Origin: Pristiophorus japonicus | Taxonomy: Eukaryota | Length of the DNA stretch: 64,000 nucleotides | NCBI RefSeq assembly: GCF_044704955.1 | Contig: NC_091992.1 | Span: 120,714,001 to 120,778,000 of the forward strand | Direction of reading: 5' to 3' | Part shown: positions 52,201 through 63,074 of the stretch, one piece after another | Layout: every line of letters begins with the position of its first letter | Position numbering within the stretch: the first letter of the stretch is position 1 | Notes under the pieces: model-generated | Database searches by the model: none | Seen by the model: only the letters and a program-made list of their open reading frames with translations | Told to the model about the DNA's origin: nothing | Position numbers and translations under genes: made by a program

Positions 52201-55200
52201 CATAATCTCGGGTGAACCAAATAAATGTTGCAAAGAGGAACTTTCATGCTTTCCAGTTGAACTATGGCCTCTCGTACGTAGTGATCTAGTGACACTAAGT
52301 AAATACTGATATCCTTTCAGAAATAAATGCCAGTTTGAGGCACAGTTTGACTTCTCCAGAAAAGATATATATAATTTGGAATTTTTGCATAAATAAAAAT
52401 TACCACAGGTGTATAATCAGCAGCCTGTCACACTTGAAATATTAAAGAAATAAACACATTTCTCAATGTGAAGCATAGTGCTATTCTTTCTTTAAACAGG
52501 TATGCGTACACACACAAACACATGGACAGCTCCTCTGTTTAAAAAAAACACAATATTAACTTCACTACAATAAAGCTTCTGAAATTTGTACGCTAGCTTT
52601 TCTTTAAATAATGCTAAAAAAAAAACAGACACTGGGATGGCTCAGGGTAAAGAAGGACACGCACAAAATTGGGGAAAAGAAGGGGGAGGTGAAAAGAGTG
52701 GAAGAGGCAGTAAATCTCAATCTTAGAGATGAAGAAATCCATGAGCTCGTTGCATTTGGTGCTAAAATTAATGTTGATAGAATAAATCAATTGTGGATGC
52801 CCTAATGCCAGTCAACAAGCTCCCCGATGGAGTGGAACTAAACTACAGAACCAGTGGGAACCTGTTCAACCTTCGCCGTCTCCAGGCCAGATCCAAAACC
52901 ACCCCAACCTCTGTCGTCCAGCTACAGTACATGAACGACGCCTGCGTCTGAGCACATACAGAGGCTGAACTCCAGGACATAGTTGACATATTCACTGAGG
53001 CGTACGAAAGCATGGGCCTTACGCTAAACATCCGTAAGACAATGGTCCTCCACCAGCCTGTCCTCACCGCACAGCACTGCCCAGTCATCAAGATCCACGG
53101 TGCGGCCCTGGACATCGTGGACCACTTCCCATATCTCGGGAGCCTCCCATCAACAAGAGCAGGCATCGACGACGAGATCCAACACCACCTCCAGTGCGTG
53201 CGCCAGTGCAGCCTTCGGCCGTCTGAGGAAAAGAGTTTGAAGACCAGGCCCTCAAAACTGCCACCAAGCTCATGGTCTACAGGGCTGTAGTAATACCTGC
53301 CCTCCTGTATGGCTCAGAGACATGGACCATGTACAGGAGACACCTCAAAAGTTGCTGGAGAAATATCACCAACGATGTCTCCGCAAGATCCTACAAATCC
53401 CCTGGGAGGACAGGCGCACCAACATCAGCGTCCTCAGCCAGGTTAACATCCCCAGCATTGAAGCACTGACCACACTCGATCAGCTCCACTGGGCAGGCCA
53501 CATAGTTCACATGCCAGACACGAGACTCCCAAAGCAAGTGCTCTGCTCAGAGCTCCTTCACGGCAAACGAGCCAAAGGTGGGCAGCGGAAACAATACAAG
53601 GACACCCTCAAAGCCTCCCTGATAAAGTGCGACATCCCCACTGACACCTGGGAGTCCCTGGCCTAAGACCACCCTAAGTGGAGAAAGTGCATCCGAGAGG
53701 GCACTGAGCACCTCGAGTCTCGACGCCGAGAGCATGCAAAAATCAAGCGCAGGCAGCGGAAAGAACATGCGGCAAACCAGTCCCACCCACCCCTTCCCTC
53801 AGCGACAATCTGTCCCACCTGTGACAGAGTCTGTGGTTCTCATATTGGACTGTTCAGCCACCAAAGAACTCACTTCAGGAGTGGAAGCAAGTCTTCCTCG
53901 ATTCCGAGGGACTGCCTATGATGATGATGTACTCTAATGCCACTGGTTTTTGCTCTTCAATGTTCAACAATATACAACTAAAACCCATTTGCTTACATGT
54001 TGATCCATTGCTGAAGAGTGTCTCTAAGGTAATCACGGTTTATTGGATGAGCAAGGGTCCTCAGAGATGGCTGAAAATCCACAATAGAAGGTGGCAAATA
54101 TTTGAACCAACTCTCAGATTTCACCTCTTCTTTTAACACTGTGATTCCTTTATCTGCAAACGTTAAGCAGAGGTGTTTAGTTGCCATACAGTGAATACAG
54201 CCAAAGATTTTCACCAATATTTGCAAATATGCACTCTGGCTGACAGCAATGATCTTCTACCTCTGATAATTGCATTAAAACCACAGCTCTTACACAACTG
54301 AAATTTTCAACGTGACACAAAATCTGATGCTGTTGTTATACACCAGTACTTTCTTCAGCATAGCTTGAGCAAACAGCTCCAAGTTAAGCAAGCAAAAGGA
54401 TAAAATCTAGAAACGCTTCTGTTGGCATTGTTAAATCTTTAAAAACAAATTTTAATCGCAACTGACATTGATAGACCCACACATACCTGCTGGGAACTCA
54501 CTTGTGATGGATTCCAAGGTAGTGAAGAGAAGACCACAGGTTAGTGTAGTGTCTGCCACTTTTCCTTGAGTCGGTGTGTAAAACACAGCTTGAGCCTGAT
54601 ACATTGTGGTGGCTAACAGCTCAACCAATGAACACACCTGTGCCTTAATACCAGCACCTAAAGACAGAACACTAATTAACTTCTGCAAGGTTCAAAATGT
54701 GACATAGCTTCTCAATCCTTGAAAGTACCATTGAAAGAAAAAAACTAATTCTTGATCATTACCATCAACCTCACTCCTTGGTCACAATAATACAGTTTTT
54801 CTTCTAATTTATTCAAAGGCTAGATTCAAACACTTGCTCCTTTTTCTACAGAAACAAGACCAAAACTGGTGCTCACCATGCTGGGGTTGGTTAAGTAACT
54901 GCTGAATTGACGATTTTCTAGCTAGAAGAAAATCAGCAAGAGCTTGGCGTGGTGAACTGTCTTCCAGGAGCATTATGGAACAGAGGGCCTCTGCAATCGC
55001 TTGGTCTGATACTGCACGGCCCTTCAGAAGTGTTTTACTCTCCTGCAAAATGGATACTCTAAATAAAATGAAATAAACAGATTGACTTAGAAACTGTATT
55101 CTTCCCATGCTAGAACAAAATGAAGCTTTCACTTCTCAGATAATTACTTTGACACAATAGCCCTCACCAAAACACAGATATTTCATTCTTTAGGACTTAC

Positions 55201-58200
55201 AGCAAGGCCAAGAGTAAGTTATTCCCACAAAGGGGAGGAGCTGAATGGAGCACCAATGAAATACAGTACATGTAAAAACTTAAGACAGTGCTCATTTCTG
55301 ATCATGTCATAGAAAGGGCAGGAATATTTTCCCTTTGCATCCAATAACTACAAACTATTTCAAATCCCAGGTGTGTCATTTACAAACTACAGCTCTCCGA
55401 GGAACTGAATTCATCTTTTTTTACTCAACAGAGCTGGTGTTGCTGCAGAATTGGTAAGCTTACTAAATTATCACACTGAAAGGTGAGAATATACTTTATG
55501 TCTAGTCCTGTTGAGTGGGTCATGCTCGTTGGGGGGGATGGCAAAGAATTTTTTTTAAAACAGATACCAAGTGGATTGTGTAGCCTGAATTAACCTCATT
55601 AAGCATCCCACTATGAATGTGTGGTTGATTGAAAGACAACCCCACCAACTATTTCACCACAGCTTTGGAAGAATTTCAGGTGTGGCAGTGGGAATGGGGA
55701 TCAATATGCCTGTGGTTATCCCAAGTGCCCTGTAACCTGATAAATTTTAATAGAGAGAAGGATCATAAATTCTCTCTGCAATCTATTACATGATCTAGCA
55801 TTTGGAAACAGATAGTTATGTCTGTTGGCAGCACAATTTCTGCACAGGTTGAATATTTACATTATAGCTATATATGCAGCCTTTAGGCTGTCTTGTCATC
55901 TTTTCCGTTCATAAAGGCTCTGACAGTCCTGACACCAGCTGTCTGAAGACCAGTTAGTGAACCGACCCATACTCATTATCAGCTAAGATCTACTTCTACA
56001 GGAACATGGTTCATAATCCAAACATGGGTTCGTAATTTTTTTTGTAATTAGGATTTGTAATTAGCACCTTCCAGGTCTGTTGGACCTAGTGACTCCCCAA
56101 AGAAAGGAAAGCTTTCTTGACAATTGTTTACCATCCATAGCTGCTAATGTTTTTGTTTTTACCTATCGCTAAAATCCCAGCAACAAATTTGATCATCTAA
56201 ACCGAGGTGTATAATCCTGATCAGTATTGGCCAACAGGGAAACATAAAGAAATAAATCTGCAAAGCTGTACACTTTTGTGTAAAATGTTAAGCTAGTTCA
56301 TTCTCTAATCAGAAGTAAAACCTTCTTAGATCCAAGATGAGCTAATGTTCCCAATCCCCTGAAAGCATTCAACAGATCAGACATACATCCTTGCAGTCTT
56401 TTTTCAGTATCTTGAAAAGGTTACCAAGCTTGATGTTTAGCTGTAATACAGAGCAAAAAGGAACCTGCTACCTCTGGCTGGCACCCCACCGATCATTTAA
56501 AACAACCAATCCAAGAATTAATGCGAGTTCAAATCCCACCACAGCAGCTGGGAATTTAAATTTAATTAATTCAATAAATCTTGATTTTTTTTAAAAAGCT
56601 AGTATCAGTAATGGTGACCATCAATTGGTAACTGTCATAAAAACCCATCTGGTTCACTAATGTCCTTTAGGGGAAGGAAATCTGCTGTCCTTACCTGGCC
56701 TATATGTGACTCCAGACCCACAACAATGTGGTTGACTCTTAACTGCCCTCTGAAATGGCCTAGCATGCCACTCAGTTGTATTCGGTTCAGCACCACATTC
56801 CCGAGGGCAATTAGGGATGGGCAATAAATGCTGGCATTGCCGGCGACATCCGCATCCCATGAATGAATAAAATAAAATCTAATACTGCAAAGTACTACAT
56901 CCTCTCAAACAAGTTAGGTTGGCCCTGTCTCAGTCCTGGTTTACTTTTTTGTACGTTCTCAAGAACTATCAAGGTTAATTTCAAAGCAGCCACACTTTGT
57001 TGCCATTTCACCCAATATATAAAAGTTAACAATCTGTCTTAAAACTATGATGATCTTCAAAGAGAGGCAATTTCACAGGTATAGAGTCAAAACTAGAAAC
57101 CGCGTGTGAAAGGCGATTTTAAAACATTGTGGTGCGGCTACTCAAGCATCCAAAATTGGCAATAAAATAATGCATAATGTGCCAGTAGTATTTGACTGCT
57201 GGATGAAGTGAGAGTAAAAGTTATTTTTACTCATGACTAACTAACCTGAAATGACCTGCTGCTGCTACTTGTCGAACAAGGATGGGAAAGCGTGCCAGGA
57301 CAGGACTGTAATGGGAACCCGAGGAGTCCAACTGGAGGATACTATGAATGTGACAGCACAGCAGATACATCTGAGTAGCATGGAGATACTGAGATGATTC
57401 TAAGGCACTCCAAATCTTCTCTGGCATATTCAAAAGGAGTTTGATCTGTGCTGCCATACTGTAGAATTTCTCCTGGGACTGTTGCTGCTGAGCCTGAAGC
57501 AAAAATATAAAATTACTGTCTACATTGTACTCACATGTCAGTAACACAGTTTAAAGATCAAGTTTTCCAGGATCACAATAATAGCTGGTCTTTTACTTTT
57601 ACAGATGCTGACTGACCTGCTGTGTATCACACGCATTTGCTGTTTTAACTGATTTGTCCCATAGTCAGAACATCTGAAATTGCTTTTTATCCGACCAGAA
57701 TTGCCTCGTGGCCCAAGACTCCATCTCTGACTCCCCTCATAACCTCAGTAATAAGCCGTCCCTCTGCAACATTGTTCATAGACATGGCGTCAGCTTCCAT
57801 ATGCCAGCATTGTGTTATCTGCTTCCTTGATTATAATCGCTCAAACATTGCCTTCTGTTGCCTAGGCCCTAAGTATTGGAATTCTCTGCCTAAACCTCTC
57901 CGCCTCTCTTTCCTCCTTCAAGATGCTCCTTGAAACCTACCTCTTTGACCAAGCTTTTGGTCACCTGCTCTAATTTCTCCTTATGTGGCTCAGTGTCAAT
58001 TTTTTTTATCTCATAATACTCCCGTGCACCTTGGGATGTTTCACTACATTAAAGGTGCGATATAAATACACGCTGTTGTCCCAAATCAAGTCATCGATGG
58101 TTCAGAATTTCTTCAATTTAATACTGAAAAACTGCTCAGCTCCTGTCTTAAAATATGCATCTTAGCCACCAAATCTCTGGGTTTAAGACTGAACCGAATG

Positions 58201-60002
58201 GTATGCAACATCGATGACCTATTTCATGACCGAGCTTCAAACCACGTACAATGGCAGTGCAAGATGGCTCCCAGGCTGACAGTTGCCCACTAGGTTCCTC
58301 TCCTTTGCAATCTGATCCATTGCCATGCTTAGTCCTGAACTGCCCCCCCCCCGCCACCCCACCCCACACACAGCTGCTGAATTTCCGACTTCATATCCTC
58401 TATCACGAAGACTACCTATCACCCACTTCTACCCCAAACTCATCCCATCTATTTCAGAAATCCTCATACATGTCTCCATTATGTCCAGACTCAACTGTTC
58501 CAAAGCTTTCTTAGACAGTTTACCATTCTGAAACCTCAACATAAACTTCAACTCATCCAAAACTCTGCTGCCCAGACCCTATCCTACATCCTCCAACACA
58601 TCAAATTTAAAATTCTCATCCTCGTGTTTAAATTCCTCCATGGCCTCACCCCTCCCCATCTTTAACTTCTTCCAGCCTTACAGCACCCCTTCATGAAATC
58701 TAAATTCCTTTGATGGCAGCTTCTTGAGCAACCCCCTCCCCTTCACCCAACTATTGGTGGCCATGCCTTCAGCCGCCTAAACAACACTCAAGTTCTCTTC
58801 CTAAACCCCTCCACCTCTTTGCCAAAGCATTTAATCACAGGTCCTAACATTTCCTTATTTAGTGCAACATCCATTTTTTAATTACACCTCTTGGATTTTT
58901 CTACACTTAAAAAGTGCTGCATAAATGCATCTTCATGTACTATCAGAAAGGCTGTCTATTTCCACTTCAAACATCATCTGCTTCTGCCCATACCACCTCC
59001 TCAAATCCACATCAATGCCATTGTCATCTCTAGGATCCACTTTGCCAATCCTTTGAGGATCATGCCACATACATTCGAACTAAAATAAAACACTGCTGTC
59101 TGCATCCAAACCCACACTAAGTCCCACGTATCTATCACCCATCTCACCTTCAGCATTCTTGATCCTGGAATTCGCTCCCTAAACACCACTCCCATTGTCC
59201 GACTTTCAAAAGCCTCCTCAAAACCACTTTCTTTGGCCACACATTAGGTCACTTCCCCTGACTATTATTAATGCTGGGGACTGGTTTCTTGTTCAGTTAA
59301 GTACGGGATGTTTACTATTGTATAAAAAGGTGCCATATTAATGCAAATTGTAAACGCTGGATGAGATAGGTCTTTGCTATCATAATAAAACATTGAAAAC
59401 ATGCTAACTGAAAATCGCTAAAAATGTAAACAAAAAACTGAAATTACCCTATACTGCCAATTATAAACTTAGTATTGCTTTAGAAACCAGTCGCAATTCC
59501 ACCTGAAAGAATTCATACAGAAGAGACCACTGGGACGGAGAGAGCCAAAACTCAATAGAAAAATAAACTACAATAATGTATAGCACAGAGCTACTAGAGC
59601 AGCGTTTTCCTCCTTTAGCGCCTTGGGCAGGCTATAAACGCCGGTTGCTGTGGGGCCACAGGCAGGTGGTGGGTCAGACACACACACCTGGTTGCGCTTG
59701 GCGGTGACGGTCGCCGCTTTGCCGGCGGCGGACGGCTTGATGCGGGTGCAGTAGTCGTACATCTCCTGCACCGAGTTGACCACTTTCTCGGAGCACAGCC
59801 TCATCTCGGTGATGGTGTCGGCCGCCTCGATCAGGTCGCGGTAGCGCTCGCCCACCATCTGGCGCAGCTCCTCCTTCTTCTGCTCGATGTCGCCGCGGAC
59901 CCGGCGTTCCACCTGCCGGATCTCCTCCGTGCTGTAGCGCTCGAACAAGGACACGGTGTCCTGGATGTCGCCGACGCGGAGGCTGCTGGCGGAGACGGCC
60001 AT
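22081..60002 (-). CDS. COG1: COG1, conserved oligomeric Golgi complex subunit 1; spliced CDS of 14 exons, 2964 nt, 987 aa
   Basis: N-terminal Vps51/COG1-type motif ([26 protein letters not shown]) and C-terminus [13 protein letters not shown] match vertebrate COG1 as I recall it. The 14 exons join in frame with GT-AG sites: 315+248+182+171+157+211+801+147+162+128+109+110+79+144 = 2964. Confidence 0.97.
22792..23078. repeat. Diverged direct repeat, copy 2 (COG1 intron 13)
   Basis: See copy 1 at 20427-20675. Confidence 0.8.
26088..26166 (-). CDS. COG1: COG1 exon 13 ([15 protein letters not shown]...KNQ)
   Basis: Translated by hand; ttccag| acceptor, CAG|gtcagt donor; 79 nt. Confidence 0.92.
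26582..26712 (+). mobile_element. Penelope-like element terminal fragment
   Basis: ctgacgaaaggtc...acctgaaatgttaac...ccacagatgctgcctgac...tttccagc pattern; a shorter relic lies at 57598-57650; family assigned from recall. Confidence 0.55.
27325..27434 (-). CDS. COG1: COG1 exon 12 ([13 protein letters not shown]...[12 protein letters not shown])
   Basis: Translated by hand; cttag| acceptor, CG|gtaaat donor; 110 nt. Confidence 0.93.
28409..28517 (-). CDS. COG1: COG1 exon 11 ([24 protein letters not shown]...QRTS)
   Basis: atcag| acceptor, TCA|gtaagt donor; 109 nt. Confidence 0.94.
28644..28771 (-). CDS. COG1: COG1 exon 10 ([22 protein letters not shown]...DPR)
   Basis: Translated by hand (not in the ORF track); tttcag| acceptor, AG|gtactg donor; 128 nt. 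Confidence 0.93.
29770..29920. mobile_element. Probable hAT-type MITE end fragment
   Basis: CpG-rich island in an AT-rich intron, ending in ttagcgggaacattg (TIR-like); partner end not found. Confidence 0.4.
30189..30327. mobile_element. Palindromic, hairpin-type MITE
   Basis: Arms tttccttggagttgctcccg...cagaaaccc and gggtttctg...cgggagcagctcaaggaaa fold back around a short loop. Confidence 0.7.
31156..31317 (-). CDS. COG1: COG1 exon 9 ([22 protein letters not shown]...KLDK)
   Basis: ccgaag| acceptor, AAG|gtgtgt donor; 162 nt. Confidence 0.93.
32416..32720. mobile_element. Tigger/pogo-like MITE, 305 bp
   Basis: TA target duplication on both sides; TIRs CAGGTTGAACCTCCCTTATCC / GGATAAGGGAGATTCAACCTG. 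Confidence 0.85.
33690..34580 (+). mobile_element. Old degraded CR1 3' region
   Basis: gtcagaccgcaccttgaatactgcatccagttctgg ([12 protein letters not shown]) and a [10 protein letters not shown] relic. Confidence 0.8.
35068..39356 (-). mobile_element. Near full-length CR1 LINE (ORF1 zinc finger/leucine zipper plus SGNH esterase; ORF2 APE endonuclease plus RT), disabled
   Basis: ORF1: CxxC...CxxC, xDSIVR, HIGTND and DGLHL. ORF2: [35 protein letters not shown] and [11 protein letters not shown]. Split by several frameshifts and stops. Confidence 0.95.
40690..41235 (+). mobile_element. Old LINE RT fragment, same family as 41295-42735
   Basis: Degenerate FADD region and colinear similarity to the reverse complement of 41760-42320. 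Confidence 0.65.
41295..42735 (-). mobile_element. 5'-truncated CR1/L2-group LINE
   Basis: [28 protein letters not shown] and FADH motifs; 3' tail gggcaataaatgctggcc. Confidence 0.9.
43792..43938 (-). CDS. COG1: COG1 exon 8 (ALVYRF...[25 protein letters not shown])
   Basis: ttaag| acceptor, CAG|gttgga donor; 147 nt. Confidence 0.94.
45057..45778. repeat. Inverted repeat with ~160-bp arms (45057-45216, 45616-45778) and a 399-bp spacer
   Basis: 45130-45216 is the exact reverse complement of 45616-45702 (87 bp); the outer ~70 bp align with mismatches. Confidence 0.93.
45780..47302 (+). mobile_element. 5'-truncated CR1 LINE (RT to 3' tail)
   Basis: ORFs 45936..47218 carry the RT motifs; tail ttcttatgttctt. 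Confidence 0.95.
47879..48679 (-). CDS. COG1: COG1 exon 7 (large exon, ALTKEGLES...VTISK)
   Basis: Covers most of the 271-aa ORF 47846..48661; tatag| acceptor, AAG|gtcagt donor; 801 nt. Confidence 0.95.
48830..49605 (-). mobile_element. L2-like LINE 3' region
   Basis: Purine-rich tract; its reverse complement resembles 57850-58080; tail gcatttatata at the 48830 end. Confidence 0.7.
50014..50224 (-). CDS. COG1: COG1 exon 6 ([13 protein letters not shown]...LDRLQ)
   Basis: aaag| acceptor, CAG|gtagat donor; 211 nt. Confidence 0.93.
50769..52140 (-). mobile_element. 5'-truncated CR1 LINE
   Basis: [17 protein letters not shown] and [13 protein letters not shown] relics; tail at 50769-50790. Confidence 0.92.
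52811..53930 (+). mobile_element. 5'-truncated RTE-clade LINE with (GAT)n tail and 9-bp TSD
   Basis: [18 protein letters not shown] and RLPKQVL...[12 protein letters not shown] motifs; ctaatgcca at 52802-52810 and 53934-53942. Confidence 0.92.
53997..54153 (-). CDS. COG1: COG1 exon 5 (KGITVLKEE...LQQWINM)
   Basis: tgcag| acceptor, AT|gtaagc donor; 157 nt. Confidence 0.94.
54487..54657 (-). CDS. COG1: COG1 exon 4 ([15 protein letters not shown]...FPA)
   Basis: tag| acceptor, G|gtatgt donor; 171 nt. Confidence 0.94.
54877..55058 (-). CDS. COG1: COG1 exon 3 (VSILQESK...NQPQH)
   Basis: tttag| acceptor, G|gtgagc donor; 182 nt. Confidence 0.94.
56505..56878 (+). mobile_element. tRNA-derived SINE, same family as 6733-7125
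   Basis: B-box gagttcaaatccc; tail gggatgggcaataaatgctggc...catcccatgaatgaataaaa. Confidence 0.8.
57246..57493 (-). CDS. COG1: COG1 exon 2 ([20 protein letters not shown]...GHFR)
   Basis: ttcag| acceptor, AG|gttag donor; 248 nt. Confidence 0.92.
57690..58080 (+). mobile_element. L2-like LINE 3' end
   Basis: tggaattctctgcc...cttgaaacctacctctttgaccaagc...cttgggatgtttcactacattaaaggtgcgatataaat. Confidence 0.75.
58150..59250 (+). mobile_element. Older degraded L2-like fragments
   Basis: Pyrimidine-rich tract with caactcatccaaaactctgctgcc (QLIQNSAA) and a tail near 58900-58930. Confidence 0.6.
59688..60002 (-). CDS. COG1: COG1 exon 1 (coding part, MAVSASS...KRNQ)
   Basis: Strong Kozak context gaaccATGG; donor CAG|gtgtgt; 315 nt, phase 0. 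Confidence 0.95.
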
Positions 60003-60223
60003 GGTTCCCCCGGGGCGGGGAAAAGGGTCGCCCGCTCCACTCCGCCCGCCTCTGACACAATGCCACCGCCCGACCAAGGGCCTCAAACAACCGTCCGCCT
60101 CACCAACCTCCCGATTTGGGAATTGAAAAACGCCTGTTTTTTTTCTTCCTTTCTTCACCCGTAACTCTCTGTCTCTATTAGAAAGACGTGGCCCTTGAAG
60201 GAAGATGGGGGATTGGACATAGT

Positions 60224-60389
60224 ACGCATGCGCGGTGCTGAACCGGCCCGTCCGACGCACGCGCAGAGTTGAACCGGCCCGGCCGACGCACGCGCAGAGT
60301 TGAGCCGGACCGGCCGGCGCATGCGCGGGGTTGAACCGACCCGGCCGACGCATGCGTGAGTTGAACCGGCCCTGCCTGATGCATGCGCG
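60224..60389. repeat. 31-bp tandem repeat, about 5.3 copies, each with an NRF1-like (A/G)CGCAYGCG motif
   Basis: Units start at 60224, 60255, 60286, 60317, 60348 and 60379; consensus about acgcatgcgcagagttgaaccggcccggccg. Confidence 0.9.
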
Positions 60390-60393
60390 AATC

Positions 60394-60460
60394 CTCTTCC
60401 CTCCCTGCGCTTCGCTCTGGCGAAGGTGGGCGGGGCAGCTGCTCGAGCGGAAGTTCACAG
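60394..60460 (+). other. Candidate non-coding first exon of a transcript divergent from COG1
   Basis: Pyrimidine tract CTCTTCCCTCCC, GC box and ETS motif, then strong donor CAG|gtgagc at 60460. Confidence 0.5.
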
Positions 60461-63074
60461 GTGAGCAGAGCGGCGTGACAGCTCTCCGCCCTCGGCTGTA
60501 ATGCGGGAGTGAAGCACTGGAGGTGGCGGCGGTGACACTAGCACCGCGCGGTCGGTAAGTGTGATCAGCTCTTTCATCTGCTTCCCGTGATTCCGGTGAC
60601 GGTAGGGAGGCGGAGAATGGCAGTCACCGACACCACCCCCCCGCCCGCCGTTACCAGGGCGATGGGATGGCCGCGGTGCGCGTGCCCCCAGGGCCGGGAA
60701 GCCGTCTGATTGCTGTGCGCTGCAAATGTGTGGCAGCAGCAGGAAGCTCGGCTGCAAAATAATATCCGTTGTCTCGCTGACCCTGTACCACTGCTGCAGA
60801 GAGGCCGTGTTAATTTGTTTAAAAAGAGTACGCGGTGGCCTATAAAAGCAGGGGGAAATGTGATTGTATTGCTGCATATTAATACATCCTGCGAAGCGAT
60901 GTCACCTGTTACAATATTTCATCGTTTTGGACCCAATCTTGACTGCTTGAAACAAACTTTTCTGTTTTTTTTCCCCATACGTTGCAGTCTTTATGCAGCC
61001 ATATCCTTCCCTTTTGCATGTAGTGAGAGAGTGCAATAATCAGTTATTAAATCTGTGATGTTTTCCATTGGAAATGATCACAGGTATCCGCTACGACTAG
61101 AATAGGACCGATTTTTTTGTAGGAGCAAGTTGTAAGCTTTGGGATTGTTTTTTTCACATTAAAACATTTTTCGTGTTGTAATTCTGGCATGATCAATGCC
61201 ACAGGTTTACATGTACTGTGTCAATTTCTCTATATTGAAGCATAATTATAGGTATAAAAGTAGCGTGTGTCGTGACAGAATCACTAGTGGCTATTTGATA
61301 GGCTGCAGTGTTTTTTGGTTTTGGAATGTGGGTGACACTGGCAAGGTTCCATGTCTTGCCAGTCTCTCGTGCTCTGTGGAGGCGGTGGTGGGCCTTCTTA
61401 ACCTGGTAACTACCAAGTTAACTTGCTGCCAGCAACCTGTGGTTTATACTGTCTGCCTGGAATGAATCTCAGTCACTTGTTCTTTCTCTCTTTCCCCCAG
61501 TCCACAAGCCAGGGGAGATGAGCGTCCACTTTGGAGCACAAGCAGAAACATTGCTGCACTTGAAACAAAAATTAATTTCTTTAAGTTTATTAAGTGCTCT
61601 AAATGTCCAACCGGCCCCCAACTTTTTAATTTAGCTTGATGCCCCACTGGATTTCTAGTCCTTGCGATATCAAGCCTGAGTTTTAGATGGCCTTGAGGGG
61701 GTCACATTACTGCTTAAGTTGGATCAGGACCTGAATCTGAAGTTACTTCTGCATCACAGCAAAGTGGAAACTGCTTCACGGCATTGCAGAAGCAGCCATA
61801 TAATTGCACTTGGGGCACATTTTATGGCACTACTGTAAAGTATTGCAACTTAAAACATTGACGCATCTATGAGGAAGCTGGAAATGTAATGTTTCTCAAT
61901 AAAGCATGTGGGTACATTGACATTTTTTTGACTATGAAATGAGTAGGGTTCGCCTTCCCTATCCAACCATTCTGACCTTCCTCCACCCAACCTGGGGCAG
62001 CTTCAACTGTTGTTTAACAGTGGATTGAGTAACTCATTATAGCAAGTGCGCAGTTATTTATGATTGGAATTATTAACAGTAATTTGAAAATTATTTCACT
62101 GTACATTTGTGATACCATAGTAAACAATTCATTTAGTGTATAGTTTTGAAATTACGTTGGTTTTCCACTCAAAATTCTAGTAACTTGGAACATCCAATTC
62201 ATTGGTGGTAATAAATCTTGCATAAGAATGATTTAGGTAGTGATTGATATGAAATGCTTGAGCTAAATTATACCAAAGTTAATTGCTTCATTAGTTTTAT
62301 TCCGATGTATTGCAGATTATTTGGAGTGCTATTTCTCCGATGAACTCTCTTGTATGATGTACTGATCACAAAGATGTGCTGGTGAGGATGCAGCTTTATG
62401 CATCTGAGCTAATTGTTTAACAGAAAACCAAACTAAAGTTTCTGTGAAATTGGCTGGTGGCCTACAGGAACTAGTTGTTCAATCGTTGCCCAGCAGTGAC
62501 TTCAAAGTAAGAAATTGGATCTGTTTGCCAAGACTTCACCACCCTTTGACTGCAGTTCATGTATAGTGATGAAATCTACTGACAGCATTGGTCAAAAGGC
62601 AATTCACATTCAGTTTGTAGGAGGGAGTTAAACCAAGATTTAGAAATGATTGTAATCCAATAGTGCTTAAATAACTGATTTCCAAGCCAAGGTACTTGAA
62701 TGGAGCTCATGGGGGGAGATAGGAGAGAGAGGAATGGGGAGACTGATCTATCTGCTATTGTGGAGTGGCAACAGTGGGAAGTGAAGGAGAACTGTAGAGG
62801 TTTTTTTTTATTTGTGATGACTTATTGGTATTATCCTCACGGAAATGCGAGGCTGAGAATTTAACAGTCGTACCCCACCTGGAATAGTTTGAGACCGCCG
62901 ATAACACCCATATTACGCATGTCTGCAGAGTCAGACTCCAATTAACACACTACTGGCTTATTTATTTCTTGTGGAGATCGGGGAGAGATGAGAGCCATTT
63001 ACTGCTAATGGGCACATTTGTCGGATGAGAAAAAATGAATGAATGGAGACAAGTGTTTTTCCTATTTCATTAAC

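Larger units (their letters stand above)
59680..60730. promoter_or_regulatory. CpG island, COG1 promoter, probably bidirectional
   Basis: Sharp rise in GC and CpG; GC boxes near 60042 and 60428; ETS motif GCGGAAGT at 60447-60454; NRF1-type array. Confidence 0.85.

Noticed and set aside
60224-60389. Regularly spaced repeat as a CRISPR-like array
   Set aside because: Units are contiguous with no unique spacers, there are no cas genes, and the context is a vertebrate promoter
59568-60458. 296-aa ORF as an N-terminally extended COG1
   Set aside because: The upstream part only translates the stop-poor GC-rich promoter repeat; COG1 similarity and a strong Kozak context begin at ATG 60002, and the donor is at 59688
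62812-62900. C/D snoRNA candidate (TGTGATGA ... CTGA)
   Set aside because: The CTGA is only ~33 nt after box C, with no terminal box D or stem and no recognisable guide; the similar motif at 62566 fails for the same reasons
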